A DNA stretch of 45,188 nt. Source: a virus (lineage: Duplodnaviria; Caudoviricetes). The notes beneath the pieces were generated by a model, which saw nothing but the letters and a program-made list of their open reading frames with translations, made no database searches and was not told the DNA's origin. Position 1 is the stretch's first letter, and each line of letters opens with the position of its first letter. The position numbers were made by a program, and so were the translations under genes. This document shows, piece by piece, positions 27,203-35,363 of the stretch. Location: positions 1 through 45,188 of the IMG/VR virus record IMGVR_UViG_3300048575_000378; one strand, written 5' to 3'.

Positions 27203-27735
27203 TTCCCCCGGCGCGGCTCGACGTGCGCCTGGTGCTCGGCCCAGACGGCGAGATACTCGGCGGCCAGCGCCGGCGAATCCCTGATCAGGTTGGTGTTTTC
27301 GGCGTTGCGCTCGGCCGACGGCGAAAAGTTGAAACTGCCGGTCACCACGTCTCGCCGGTCGACGATCACCACCTTGTTGTGGTGGATCGGGTGCCGGTAG
27401 TCGCAACCCCAGGCGATATCGGCCTTGTCGAGCACGGCGAGGATCGGGATCAGCCGATCGGCGTCGCAGGTCTTGCCGTCGATGATCACCCGGACGTCGA
27501 CGCCGCGGCTGGCGGCGGCGCGCAGCGCGTTGATGATCCGGCCGTTGGAGAGCTGGTAGGTCATCACCCTGACCTCGCTCCGCGCCTCGCCGATCGCCGT
27601 GGCCACCAGTCGCGCCGGCCCGTCCCCTGGCGCAAATGCCGTCTCTACCGTCGCGCCGGCGAGATCGATCGGCGCCGCCGGCGCCGGCCCGCCGACCGCC
27701 GCCAGGATCACCACCGCCGCTGCGTGCATCCACAT
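27199..27735 (-). CDS. Secreted phospholipase D-family (Nuc-like) nuclease
   Basis: Signal-peptide-like N-terminus; single HKD motif HNKVVIVD..VTGSFNFS..A.RNAEN. Confidence 0.85.
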   Translation of the reverse strand: MWMHAAAVVILAAVGGPAPAAPIDLAGATVETAFAPGDGPARLVATAIGEARSEVRVMTYQLSNGRIINALRAAASRGVDVRVIIDGKTCDADRLIPILAVLDKADIAWGCDYRHPIHHNKVVIVDRRDVVTGSFNFSPSAERNAENTNLIRDSPALAAEYLAVWAEHQAHVEPRRGK

Positions 27736-27911
27736 GATCCATACCTCTCCGCAAATCGGCGCCGGCTCTCGGCCGCCGCCTCGATCGACACCCGCGCCTC
27801 GCGGGCCGTCTCGCCGATCGCCGGCCACCAGCCGGCGGCCCGCTCCTTACGCACGGCGCTGATCCGGACCATCGCCCGGACGAGCGCCGCTATCTCCCTC
27901 AGCGGCCCCAT
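27708..27911 (-). CDS. Possible small hypothetical protein
   Basis: MGPLREIAALVRAM...; fills the gap between the o-spanin and PLD genes. Confidence 0.35.
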   Translation of the reverse strand: MGPLREIAALVRAMVRISAVRKERAAGWWPAIGETAREARVSIEAAAESRRRFAERYGSCGCTQRRW

Positions 27912-28132
27912 CCGCAGATCGCCTTGCCCGCCGCATTGTGGGCCTTGATCTCGGCGACGGTCGCCGCGCTGTCCGCCGCCGACCAGGTGATCGGCCTGGC
28001 GACCGCGCAAAATGCCGCGTGGGCGACGGGATCGAGGTCGCCCTCGTCAATCCCGCCGGAACCCGTCGTCGTCGCGCAGCACGCCAGCAGGATCGCGACG
28101 GGCAGCGTCAGCAGCGCCCTGGCGGGCGGCAT
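27899..28132 (-). CDS. Putative o-spanin lipoprotein
   Basis: Lipobox LLAC, FCAVARPI.WS..D and HNA...ICG motifs; overlaps the i-spanin gene. Confidence 0.7.
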   Translation of the reverse strand: MPPARALLTLPVAILLACCATTTGSGGIDEGDLDPVAHAAFCAVARPITWSAADSAATVAEIKAHNAAGKAICGWGR

Positions 28133-28274
28133 TGGCCTTATCGATTTCGTCGAGGGCATTTCGCAGGGCCTTTGAAACGGTCGCCGAACTGGTGTCCCCG
28201 CCCTTGGCGCGCGCCTCGAAATAGGCGACGCCGAGGCCGATCAGGGCGAGGACGATCTGACCGACCCAGCTCAC
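28047..28274 (-). CDS. Putative i-spanin
   Basis: GTG start, N-terminal transmembrane segment, helical Ala-rich tail ending DDGFRRD. Confidence 0.65.
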   Translation of the reverse strand: MSWVGQIVLALIGLGVAYFEARAKGGDTSSATVSKALRNALDEIDKANAARQGAADAARRDPAGVLRDDDGFRRD

Positions 28275-28906
28275 GACGGGCCGCTCCTGACGGTCGACAC
28301 CGCCACGGCCACCGACGAGCCCGCGGCGATCTCCTCGGCCAGCGTCCTGAGGTCGGGCCGCGTCGCCTTGACGTCGACGTCGAGCCGCGACCAGATCATC
28401 TCGGCCAGCGAGGTCGGCCCGCCGACCCATTTCAGCAGCGCCGCCGGGATGCGGTCGAGCGCATACTGCAGCACGTAGGCCAGCACCGGCAGGTGGACGT
28501 CGATCGTCAGCACCCGGTCCTTGGCCGCTCCGGCCACCGAGTTGATGCCGTAGGCGATCGCCTTGTCGAGCAGCTGCTCGACGCGCAGGGTATCGATCCA
28601 GGCCTTGGCGGCGGCCGGCAGCTTGCGGATCAGCCAGGTCACGACACCGGCGAGGCCGGCGAACAGCGGCACCGCCAGTTGGTCGATCAAATCGCCGACC
28701 GGAATGGAGATACGGCCGTCCGCCGCGGCGTCGGCCGCCCAGGCCGGGGCGACGACGATGGTCAGGATCAGAGCAATGGCCGCCCAGAGGCCGATCCGCG
28801 GCCATGCCTCGGCCAGCGGCCTCGGAGGTCGAACCGGCAGCAACGACGCTCCAACCCCGAAAAAGAACAGGAAACCGCCGAGCAACTTGAGCGCGTAGAG
28901 GACCAT
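28271..28906 (-). CDS. Membrane protein, putative holin
   Basis: Several transmembrane segments; lies between endolysin and spanins. Confidence 0.6.
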   Translation of the reverse strand: MVLYALKLLGGFLFFFGVGASLLPVRPPRPLAEAWPRIGLWAAIALILTIVVAPAWAADAAADGRISIPVGDLIDQLAVPLFAGLAGVVTWLIRKLPAAAKAWIDTLRVEQLLDKAIAYGINSVAGAAKDRVLTIDVHLPVLAYVLQYALDRIPAALLKWVGGPTSLAEMIWSRLDVDVKATRPDLRTLAEEIAAGSSVAVAVSTVRSGPS

Positions 28907-28908
28907 GG

Positions 28909-29745
28909 TCAGCTCTCCATGATGTAGGGCTTGAGCGCCGCCCAGGTCCTGGCGGCGACGATGCCGTCCAGCTTGAGCCTGCGTGACTGCTGGAAATGCT
29001 TGACGACGAGCTCGGTCGCCGCCCCGAAATCACCGTCGAGACCAAGGGTCAGCGACGGCGAGAAGCAGCGGTTGAGCGCCCGCTGCAGCGTCTCGACGGC
29101 CTCGCCCTCCGAGCCGCGCCGGAGCGTCGGCCGGGCCGGATCGGCCGGCATCGGGTCGGCAAAGGCGGCGGCGACGGCGCGCTTGGCGCGGACGAGATAG
29201 GCACGGCGATCGGCGAGACCGTTGAGGCCGCCGTTGATCGCCCGCGTGGCGCCGGCGAGATCGTCGGCATCCGCAAAGCGGTTGAGATCATGGGTGATCC
29301 AGTACCAGGCGGCCGAATAGGCCGCCCACGGGAAGGCGCCCATCAGCTCGGGCTGCGCCTCGAAATCCGGGGCGCCCGACTTCCGGGACCGCATCCAATC
29401 CGTGCAAGCGCGGTAGTTTTTCCGACCGGTGCATTGGATGAGGCCGCGCCCCTTGAAGCGCTTGCCATCGCCGGTCTGGCTATTGCCGAGATCCTCGACA
29501 CGCCCCTCGTAGGCGGCGCCTGAGGCATACTCCTCCAGCGTCGCAAACCCGTCGCTCTCGTGGCCGACCTGAGCGAGGAAATAGGCGATGCGCAGCGGCG
29601 TTCCGGCGCCGGCGAGGTCGAGCACCTCCGGCAGCATCATCGCAAAATGCTCGATGATCTGCCCCTGGCGCGCGCCCTTGTAGCCGCGTACCGGCGGAGC
29701 GATCGCTCGCAGCAGATCCTTGCCGTCGATGGGGTTGATTTTCAT
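28909..29745 (-). CDS. Endolysin: GH19 lysozyme plus C-terminal peptidoglycan-binding domain
   Basis: FLAQVGHES, FKGRGLIQCTGR.NY and INGG.NGL motifs; LRRGS.G..V..LQ..L..DGDFG..T. Confidence 0.92.
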   Translation of the reverse strand: MKINPIDGKDLLRAIAPPVRGYKGARQGQIIEHFAMMLPEVLDLAGAGTPLRIAYFLAQVGHESDGFATLEEYASGAAYEGRVEDLGNSQTGDGKRFKGRGLIQCTGRKNYRACTDWMRSRKSGAPDFEAQPELMGAFPWAAYSAAWYWITHDLNRFADADDLAGATRAINGGLNGLADRRAYLVRAKRAVAAAFADPMPADPARPTLRRGSEGEAVETLQRALNRCFSPSLTLGLDGDFGAATELVVKHFQQSRRLKLDGIVAARTWAALKPYIMES

Positions 29746-29768
29746 CGTCGCCTCGTGTTGTCGAGGCG

Positions 29769-29817
29769 AGAGTGCGATGTACGGGCGGGGATGATCACCC
29801 CTGCGGCGGCAGGGGTC
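29769..29817 (-). promoter_or_regulatory. Late promoter Plys-like: activator palindrome plus -10 element
   Basis: CACCCCTGCGGCGGCAGGGGTC is identical to the 20257-20278 copy; then 21 nt, CACTCT. Confidence 0.72.
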
Positions 29818-30229
29818 TCACGATCGGGTCGAGCAGATCGAGCTGCTGGCCGGCCGCCTGCCTGGACGTTGGCGCACTTGAAAGAGTATTCGAGAGGCCG
29901 GCGAGCCGCAAGGACTTGTAGACGCCGCTCTCGGTCATGGTCAGCCGGAGGGCAATATCGCGGATGGTCATGCCGCGGCCCCGATAGACCTGGACGCGCC
30001 ATGCCTTGGCCTGCGGCACCCGCATCCAGTCGCCGGCGTAGCGCTGGCGCAGCCGCTCGATCAGGCCGGCGTCGAGCGTGTCCCGGAGGTCGGATTTCTC
30101 ATGGCGTTGCGGCACGTAGATCGCCGTGCCACCGTGCGCCTCGATCAGCGCGAGCGCCGCCTCCCGCGATCCGCAAAGATCGCAGAGCCCCTTCAGATCG
30201 GGCGTCGGAGGCGGCAGAGGCTGGGTCAA
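29795..30229 (-). CDS. Mor/C-family late transcription activator
   Basis: AALALIEAHGGTAIYVP plus C-terminal HTH (GMTIRDIALRLTMTESGVYKSL); TTG start after GAGG; precedes the lysis genes. Confidence 0.8.
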   Translation of the reverse strand: MTQPLPPPTPDLKGLCDLCGSREAALALIEAHGGTAIYVPQRHEKSDLRDTLDAGLIERLRQRYAGDWMRVPQAKAWRVQVYRGRGMTIRDIALRLTMTESGVYKSLRLAGLSNTLSSAPTSRQAAGQQLDLLDPIVRPLPPQG

Positions 30230-30468
30230 GGCGCCACCTCGATATTGCGCACCGTGGCCGAGATCGACCGGTTGCCCTCGCGCCAGACGAGATGCGCCGT
30301 AAAACGCCCGGTGGTGCCAGTCCGATAGAGCGCCGACGACCGGCAAAGCTCACCCCTGCCGGCGACGGCCGCAAGCACCGCGTCGGCGGCGACGAGTTGG
30401 CCGGCGATGTCCTGTAGAGCCTGCCAGGTGAGGCGGATGCGATAGGATTTCGGATGGCGCCTACCCAT
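30226..30468 (-). CDS. Hypothetical protein
   Basis: MGRRHPKSY...; translationally coupled on both sides. Confidence 0.55.
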   Translation of the reverse strand: MGRRHPKSYRIRLTWQALQDIAGQLVAADAVLAAVAGRGELCRSSALYRTGTTGRFTAHLVWREGNRSISATVRNIEVAP

Positions 30469-30772
30469 TGCGGCCCTCCATCGCCTTGCGCGCCGCTTCG
30501 GCGGCCACGGTGGGCTGTGCCAGGATGGCGGCACGATCGTCCGCAGGAAGGCCGGTGAACGCGGCGATGTCCCGTTCGTTGTCCAGCAGCCAGTTGAACG
30601 TGCCGATCACGTCGGCCGAGTGCCGCTCCATCAAGACGGCTTCCTCCTCACGGAGCCGCCGGCCTGAGACCTCGCGCTTGTTGTGCGTGGTCAGGAGGTT
30701 GGCCATGCGGTTGACATGGCCGCGCCGGGTCGCGAGGCTGAACTGAGGCTTATGGGCGCGGAATTCAGCCAC
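30461..30772 (-). CDS. Hypothetical protein
   Basis: Overlap-coupled within the operon. Confidence 0.6.
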   Translation of the reverse strand: MAEFRAHKPQFSLATRRGHVNRMANLLTTHNKREVSGRRLREEEAVLMERHSADVIGTFNWLLDNERDIAAFTGLPADDRAAILAQPTVAAEAARKAMEGRNG

Positions 30773-31403
30773 GGTCGATCTCCTTCGTCATTCGCGCTTT
30801 ATGCTTCAGCTTGGCGATCGCCAGGACAGCCGGCTTTGCTTCCGGCTCGACGTCGTTGTAGTCGATGCTCCACCGGCCATTCAGGAGTGGCAGCATTGCC
30901 CGAGGGATCGGCTCCCAATTATCGGGGTCCGTATTCTGCCGGTTGCCATCCAGACACTTGAGGCACATGCCCTCGGGCACTGGCCCATTGGCCTGTTCCC
31001 ACAGCCACTTGTGCTTGAGCACGTAGCGCCGCTCGTAGCCGGTGTGCGGGTTGGTCTCGTCGACGGAGATCTCGACGTAACCGTCCTTCGACACCCGCTC
31101 GTGGCCGAGGTACTTGGTGTTGTGCGGCAACTGGCCCCGCTGGAACCGTGTTCGGGCGCTGTTCGCGTTGAAGGGCATCTTTTTGCCCTTATTCGCCGGA
31201 ACGTTGCCGGGCTTCAGGCGGCCGTCGCGGCCAGTTTTCCAGCCCTTGCGCGAGCAGAGGGCCTTGTAGTTGTCGGCCGAGACATCGTCCCGGCCGAAAG
31301 CCGAGCAGAACAGCGCGTGAGCCTCACGGCGCGGCAGAATGCTATGCGCCTCGATCCAGGCCAGTTCCTCGGCGGTATAGCTGATCCAGGAGCCCTTGGT
31401 CAT
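30765..31403 (-). CDS. HNH-endonuclease-like protein with KPG/RG..P.N repeats
   Basis: KHKWLWEQANGPVPEG..LKCLDGNRQN...DN; the first His of the HNH motif appears degenerate. Confidence 0.8.
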   Translation of the reverse strand: MTKGSWISYTAEELAWIEAHSILPRREAHALFCSAFGRDDVSADNYKALCSRKGWKTGRDGRLKPGNVPANKGKKMPFNANSARTRFQRGQLPHNTKYLGHERVSKDGYVEISVDETNPHTGYERRYVLKHKWLWEQANGPVPEGMCLKCLDGNRQNTDPDNWEPIPRAMLPLLNGRWSIDYNDVEPEAKPAVLAIAKLKHKARMTKEIDRG

Positions 31404-31660
31404 TCCTGCCTGCCCTCCGCCTTCGCCTCGATCATCATCGGCAGCATCGGCGCAAAGCGGTCGCCGTGATCGGCGACGAGCTTGGCGGCCTTGAGCGCGA
31501 GGTCGGCGTTGCGGATGATCTGCTCGCCCACCTGGACTATCGCATCGGTGCGCTTCGCCTCGGTGTCGATCTGTTCGGGCGTGAGCTGCTCGTCGGAGAG
31601 GCGCTCGAGCTGCGCGAAAAGGTGGTTGTTGAGGTCAATCAGTTTGTTCTTCACGATCAT
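31400..31660 (-). CDS. Conserved phage protein usually paired with the HNH gene
   Basis: KNKLIDLNNHLFAQLERL motif. Confidence 0.75.
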   Translation of the reverse strand: MIVKNKLIDLNNHLFAQLERLSDEQLTPEQIDTEAKRTDAIVQVGEQIIRNADLALKAAKLVADHGDRFAPMLPMMIEAKAEGRQE

Positions 31661-32094
31661 TCTCCCTTGGCTCGGCGGATCATCGCCTTCAGCCCCTCGG
31701 AGACCTTGTTGGCCTCCTCGGGTGTCAGGAATTCGGGGTCACGCGCCACCTTGGCCGGATCATTGCCGGCGCTGCCGCGCAACTGGCGACCGACAAAGGC
31801 GCGGAGTGCCGGCTTGGACTTGTCGTGGATGGCGCCAACCTTGGCGGCCTCGGTCCAGAGCGCAAAGACCTTGCGGACATAGGGCTTGTCCGATGGGCGG
31901 AATTTCCGAGCGGCCGGACGGGCACCGTTGAGGCTGTCAAGCTCGGCGTTGGCCTGAGCGATCGTCAAAGCCTTAATGCTAGTCACGCCATAACGGCCGA
32001 CGAGGCGGGCGTGCCAGGCATCGTCGTCGATGCCGGCGCGCCGACGGGTCGCCTGTAGGGCGCGCACCTGGTCGGTGGTGATGAGCGCGGTCAT
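31657..32094 (-). CDS. gemA: GemA-like regulatory protein (gp16, DUF1018)
   Basis: GIDDDAWHARL..YGVTSIKALT, KVFALW, ALRAFV and EGLKAM motifs. Confidence 0.85.
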   Translation of the reverse strand: MTALITTDQVRALQATRRRAGIDDDAWHARLVGRYGVTSIKALTIAQANAELDSLNGARPAARKFRPSDKPYVRKVFALWTEAAKVGAIHDKSKPALRAFVGRQLRGSAGNDPAKVARDPEFLTPEEANKVSEGLKAMIRRAKGE

Positions 32095-32156
32095 GGCACG
32101 CCCCTTTCGCAATGTCGGCGACTCATGCCAGCCTTGTTCGACTGGGGGGATTCGAG

Positions 32157-32702
32157 ATGGACTATGCAGGAGTCATTGGGACCGTCACCGCGTCCGTCGG
32201 TGCGGTCGAAAGCGTCACCAAGCTCGTTAAGTCGGTGAGGGACGCCATCAAAGGCGACAATATTTCCGACGTTGACATCGGCGAGCTTCGCACGCGGGTC
32301 TCGGATTTGTTCGACGTAGCGCTCTCCGCGCGCCAAGCGCTGTTCGATATGCAGGACACGGTTCGTGCGTTGCAGAGCGAGAATGAGGCGCTGATATGCC
32401 AAATCTCCGAAATGGAAGCATTTGACGCTGACATTGAAAAATATGAACTGCGCGCGGTATCCAGAAACTCGTTTGCCTATGTGAAGAAAGGCGAAGCCAA
32501 GAAAGTAGGAGCGACGCCATACCTGTGCATGCCATGCTTCGACAAGCGCAAGAAATCTGCGCTGCAACTTGAGACTCCGGATTTCAACTTTGACACCTTG
32601 AAATGCCCGGCCTGTGGGACGCCGGTTAAAGTGCCCAATGATGTCAAAATGGAAGTGTATACAGGACGGTCGCATACGAAATGGGACCTTGATGATTTCT
32701 AG
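32157..32702 (+). CDS. Counter-oriented moron: coiled-coil plus Zn-ribbon protein
   Basis: Lower GC; CMPC and CPAC motifs; its stop overlaps the opposite-strand stop (CTAG, 32699-32702). Confidence 0.75.
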   Translation: MDYAGVIGTVTASVGAVESVTKLVKSVRDAIKGDNISDVDIGELRTRVSDLFDVALSARQALFDMQDTVRALQSENEALICQISEMEAFDADIEKYELRAVSRNSFAYVKKGEAKKVGATPYLCMPCFDKRKKSALQLETPDFNFDTLKCPACGTPVKVPNDVKMEVYTGRSHTKWDLDDF

Positions 32703-32899
32703 GACACGCATCGACGTTCCTCCTGCATGATCGCCTGGGTGAGGTTGGCGATCCGTCGGCGGATGCGCTCCTGGTGGAGGGAGCGCACGCGTGGACGGAC
32801 CTGTCGGAGGAGCGCCTCGCGCTCCATCTGGAGGAGGTCCCGCCGCGTCGGCGGCGGGTCCTCGGCCTCGGGTGGGAGAGAGCGGCTCGCGAAGGTCAC
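32699..32899 (-). CDS. Hypothetical protein
   Basis: GTG start coupled to the upstream stop; coiled-coil-like. Confidence 0.55.
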   Translation of the reverse strand: MTFASRSLPPEAEDPPPTRRDLLQMEREALLRQVRPRVRSLHQERIRRRIANLTQAIMQEERRCVS

Positions 32900-33147
32900 A
32901 GCCCAATCTCCTCTCCGGCAGCCTTCTTCTCGGCGATCCAGGCGGCAAGGTCGGCGGCGAGCTGATCTAGGTTGCGGCCCGTCTCCTCGGCAATCTGTTC
33001 GACCTCGTCGACAGTGCCGGGTTCGATCTCGCCCCAGATACTGGCGATATCGGCCAGGGCGGCCTTGACGTCCTCGATCCGGCGCCTCGTCCGCTGGAAA
33101 GCCAGCGAGGGCGTCCATCTCGACATGGGCGGATAGCTCTTGGTCAT
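32896..33147 (-). CDS. Hypothetical protein
   Basis: ATGA-coupled; helical. Confidence 0.6.
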   Translation of the reverse strand: MTKSYPPMSRWTPSLAFQRTRRRIEDVKAALADIASIWGEIEPGTVDEVEQIAEETGRNLDQLAADLAAWIAEKKAAGEEIGL

Positions 33148-33359
33148 GACAGCTCCCTCTCCATGTCGCGGGCGACGGCCCAGAGATTGATGGTCGGCAC
33201 GCGGCCGAGCATCGCCGCCATGAAGCGGGCGACATCCGGCCCGACCATCGGCTGCAGCTCGCGCTCGCCATCGCGGACCACCACCTCGAAATCGCCGCGG
33301 TGGAGCACGTCGGCGAGGATTGCCTCAAGGCGCTCGGCAGTGATGGACGAGGCGCTCAT
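33144..33359 (-). CDS. Hypothetical protein
   Basis: ATGA-coupled. Confidence 0.6.
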   Translation of the reverse strand: MSASSITAERLEAILADVLHRGDFEVVVRDGERELQPMVGPDVARFMAAMLGRVPTINLWAVARDMERELS

Positions 33360-33490
33360 GCCAGCCCCCGCCCGATCAACAGGCCGGCCAGGAGGCCAAT
33401 CAGGCCGCCGCTCAGCGCGGCGACCAGGGCGAGGATGATGCCGTCGCCCCGGCGCGGCGGATCGATCGGCTCGACGTCAGGCGGCAGCAT
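33356..33490 (-). CDS. Small single-transmembrane protein, 44 aa
   Basis: MLPPDVEP...IILALVAALSGGLIGLLAGLLIG; SD GGAGG. Confidence 0.55.
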   Translation of the reverse strand: MLPPDVEPIDPPRRGDGIILALVAALSGGLIGLLAGLLIGRGLA

Positions 33491-33728
33491 CGGCGCCTCC
33501 CTCGGTCGTAAGGACCGGCTCGGGCTCGTAGCGGACGCCGCAGAACGGGCAGTACGTGGCCATCATCGTCGACGGCTTGCCCCTCCGCGTCTCCGGCTTG
33601 CCGGTGTCGTTGCGGTAGATCGGCACGCACATCCGGGCGACCAGGGCATTTCCCCTGATGAGGATCGTCGGCCGAATTTCCCCCTCGGGACCGAGCGCTC
33701 TGTTGATCTTGTCGACGCAGTCACACAT
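33477..33728 (-). CDS. Small Cys-rich (Zn-binding) phage protein
   Basis: MCDC...YCPFCG. Confidence 0.7.
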   Translation of the reverse strand: MCDCVDKINRALGPEGEIRPTILIRGNALVARMCVPIYRNDTGKPETRRGKPSTMMATYCPFCGVRYEPEPVLTTEGGADAAA

Positions 33729-34260
33729 CGGCGCCTCCCGTCGACAGCGGGCTGCTCAGCGGCTCGACGATGAAATCCTCGCCGTCCGAGCCGATCGACA
33801 CGCCGGGCACGCTGCGGGCGATATCCGGCTCGCGCAGCATGGCCTCCCGATCAATCTCCTCCTTGGTCCGGACGAACCGGCCGAGGCCGAGGGTCCGGAG
33901 CGTCTCGATGATCGCGTCGGCGCCGCGAAGCTTCACGCTGGCCGGCCGGAACCGCCAGGAAATCTTGCCGGTGCCGAGGTCGGCGAACTTGACGCGGCCG
34001 CCATCGGTAAGCTGCTGGCGGTTCGCCTCGGCCCAGATGCGCAGACCCTCAATCGTGGTGTTGACCAACTCCTGCTTGGGGCTGGACAGCGCTTCGGCCG
34101 CCTCCTTGAGGCGGGTGATCTCGTCGTCGAGATCGGCTTGGATGCGGCCGATATCGCGCTGCAGCATTCCGATCGTCGAGACGGCCGCCATGGCCTCCTC
34201 GCGGCTCTGCGGCACAGGGAGATTGGCGCCGCGCGTGGTCTGGCGGGCGGATTTAGCCAT
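33721..34260 (-). CDS. gam: Gam host-nuclease inhibitor (DNA end-binding), from an internal start
   Basis: VPQSREEA, WAEANR, GKISWR..P.SV, FVRTKEEIDREA and EDFIVEP motifs; SD AAGGAG 7 nt upstream. Confidence 0.9.
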   Translation of the reverse strand: MAKSARQTTRGANLPVPQSREEAMAAVSTIGMLQRDIGRIQADLDDEITRLKEAAEALSSPKQELVNTTIEGLRIWAEANRQQLTDGGRVKFADLGTGKISWRFRPASVKLRGADAIIETLRTLGLGRFVRTKEEIDREAMLREPDIARSVPGVSIGSDGEDFIVEPLSSPLSTGGADV

Positions 34261-34965
34261 GGACGGACTCCTTTCGAGGGGGTTTGAAACGGGTTTGAAA
34301 ACGACCGGTGCTGCGAGATCGAGGTAAGCCTCGTGCAGGTCCTTGACCGCGCCGGCGAGGATTTCCATGGAGGTCAGTTCGCCTCGGCCATGGCGGGCGG
34401 CCTGAAGCGCCGTATGCGCCCTGACAACTCGGCGAGCCGCACCGATCAGCGCATCGCCACCAGGCAGCATCGGCACAGCCACTTCCGCGGCGGGCTGCTC
34501 GTGGGGCTGCTCGGAGGGCGACTCCTCCTGCTGGATGGCATAGGCGGCGAGGCAGCGGATCTCCGCGTATGTGAGGCGCGACAAGCCGTGATCGGTCATT
34601 GCCCGACCGGCGATCTCCAGTGGGTCGATATCATCGTCGTCAATCGACAGCCCTGCGAGCGCTTTGCAAACCGACGCAAGCACAAGCTCGATTTCTTGCA
34701 TTTCGCGGTCCATGCCGGCATCGGCGACCGCAGCCTCGATCTTGCCAATTGCGGCGAGGATCGTCGTGTGGTCGCGTCCGCCCACCCGTCGGCCGATTTC
34801 GGAACGTGATATGTGTGGGCAATGGCGGGCAGCCATCCAGATGGCGACATGGCGGGCGTGAGTGATCCGCCTCGTCTGAGCCCGACCCAACATATCCGGC
34901 ACACTGATGCCGGTCACGCAGGCGACGGCGTGCAAAACGGCCTTGACCGAGAGACGGCCGCTCAT
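33721..34965 (-). CDS. DnaA C-terminal-like HTH protein, continuing in frame into Gam
   Basis: ARHVAIWMA...SRSEIGRRVGGRDHTTIL; no stop codon before gam. Confidence 0.75.
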   Translation of the reverse strand: MSGRLSVKAVLHAVACVTGISVPDMLGRAQTRRITHARHVAIWMAARHCPHISRSEIGRRVGGRDHTTILAAIGKIEAAVADAGMDREMQEIELVLASVCKALAGLSIDDDDIDPLEIAGRAMTDHGLSRLTYAEIRCLAAYAIQQEESPSEQPHEQPAAEVAVPMLPGGDALIGAARRVVRAHTALQAARHGRGELTSMEILAGAVKDLHEAYLDLAAPVVFKPVSNPLERSPSMAKSARQTTRGANLPVPQSREEAMAAVSTIGMLQRDIGRIQADLDDEITRLKEAAEALSSPKQELVNTTIEGLRIWAEANRQQLTDGGRVKFADLGTGKISWRFRPASVKLRGADAIIETLRTLGLGRFVRTKEEIDREAMLREPDIARSVPGVSIGSDGEDFIVEPLSSPLSTGGADV

Positions 34966-35363
34966 GACGCATCTCCCTCAGGCTTGGCATGCGGACAGCT
35001 GCCACGGCAGGCGTGGTAGAGCCGCACCGACGACGGCGAGGCGGTCGACAGCGGCGCCCGCTGGTGCCGGATGCACACCTCGCGGCCGATATCCTGATGC
35101 AGGGCCGGGCAGCGGACCGAGACGCCCATCAGCGCCCCGCGCACCGCCTCGCGGACGCGGTCCGGCTTGGCGCCGTAGGTGCCGGACAGCACGGCGGACA
35201 GCGTCCCGGCCGACACGCCGATCCGCCGCGCCAGCACATTGAGGCCGAGACGGGTCGCCTCCTCGGCCAGCACCAGCAGCCAGTCCTCGGGCTCGGCAAC
35301 GCGACCGCGCAGCGCAGCCACGAAATCGGTCTTCGCCCGTCCGGGCATCGGGCCGCGGTTCAT
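34962..35363 (-). CDS. HTH transcriptional regulator with Cys-rich C-terminus
   Basis: LARRIGVSAGTLSAVLSGTY; CP..C..CRGSC. Confidence 0.75.
   Translation of the reverse strand: MNRGPMPGRAKTDFVAALRGRVAEPEDWLLVLAEEATRLGLNVLARRIGVSAGTLSAVLSGTYGAKPDRVREAVRGALMGVSVRCPALHQDIGREVCIRHQRAPLSTASPSSVRLYHACRGSCPHAKPEGDAS

Noticed and set aside
26810-27754. Extended gp25 frame overlapping the whole PLD gene
   Set aside because: The extension is low-complexity and Arg/Gly-rich, its ATG (27742) is too close to the SD, and gp25 has its own ATGA-coupled start at 27202.
8791-29817. CRISPR, REP or terminator interpretation of the ACCCCTGC palindromes
   Set aside because: Only three dispersed copies, with no spacers or U-tracts; the fixed spacing to -10-like hexamers fits promoters better.
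30765-31403. HNH gene as an intron-borne homing endonuclease
   Set aside because: Free-standing and coupled within the operon; no interrupted gene or intron structure is evident.
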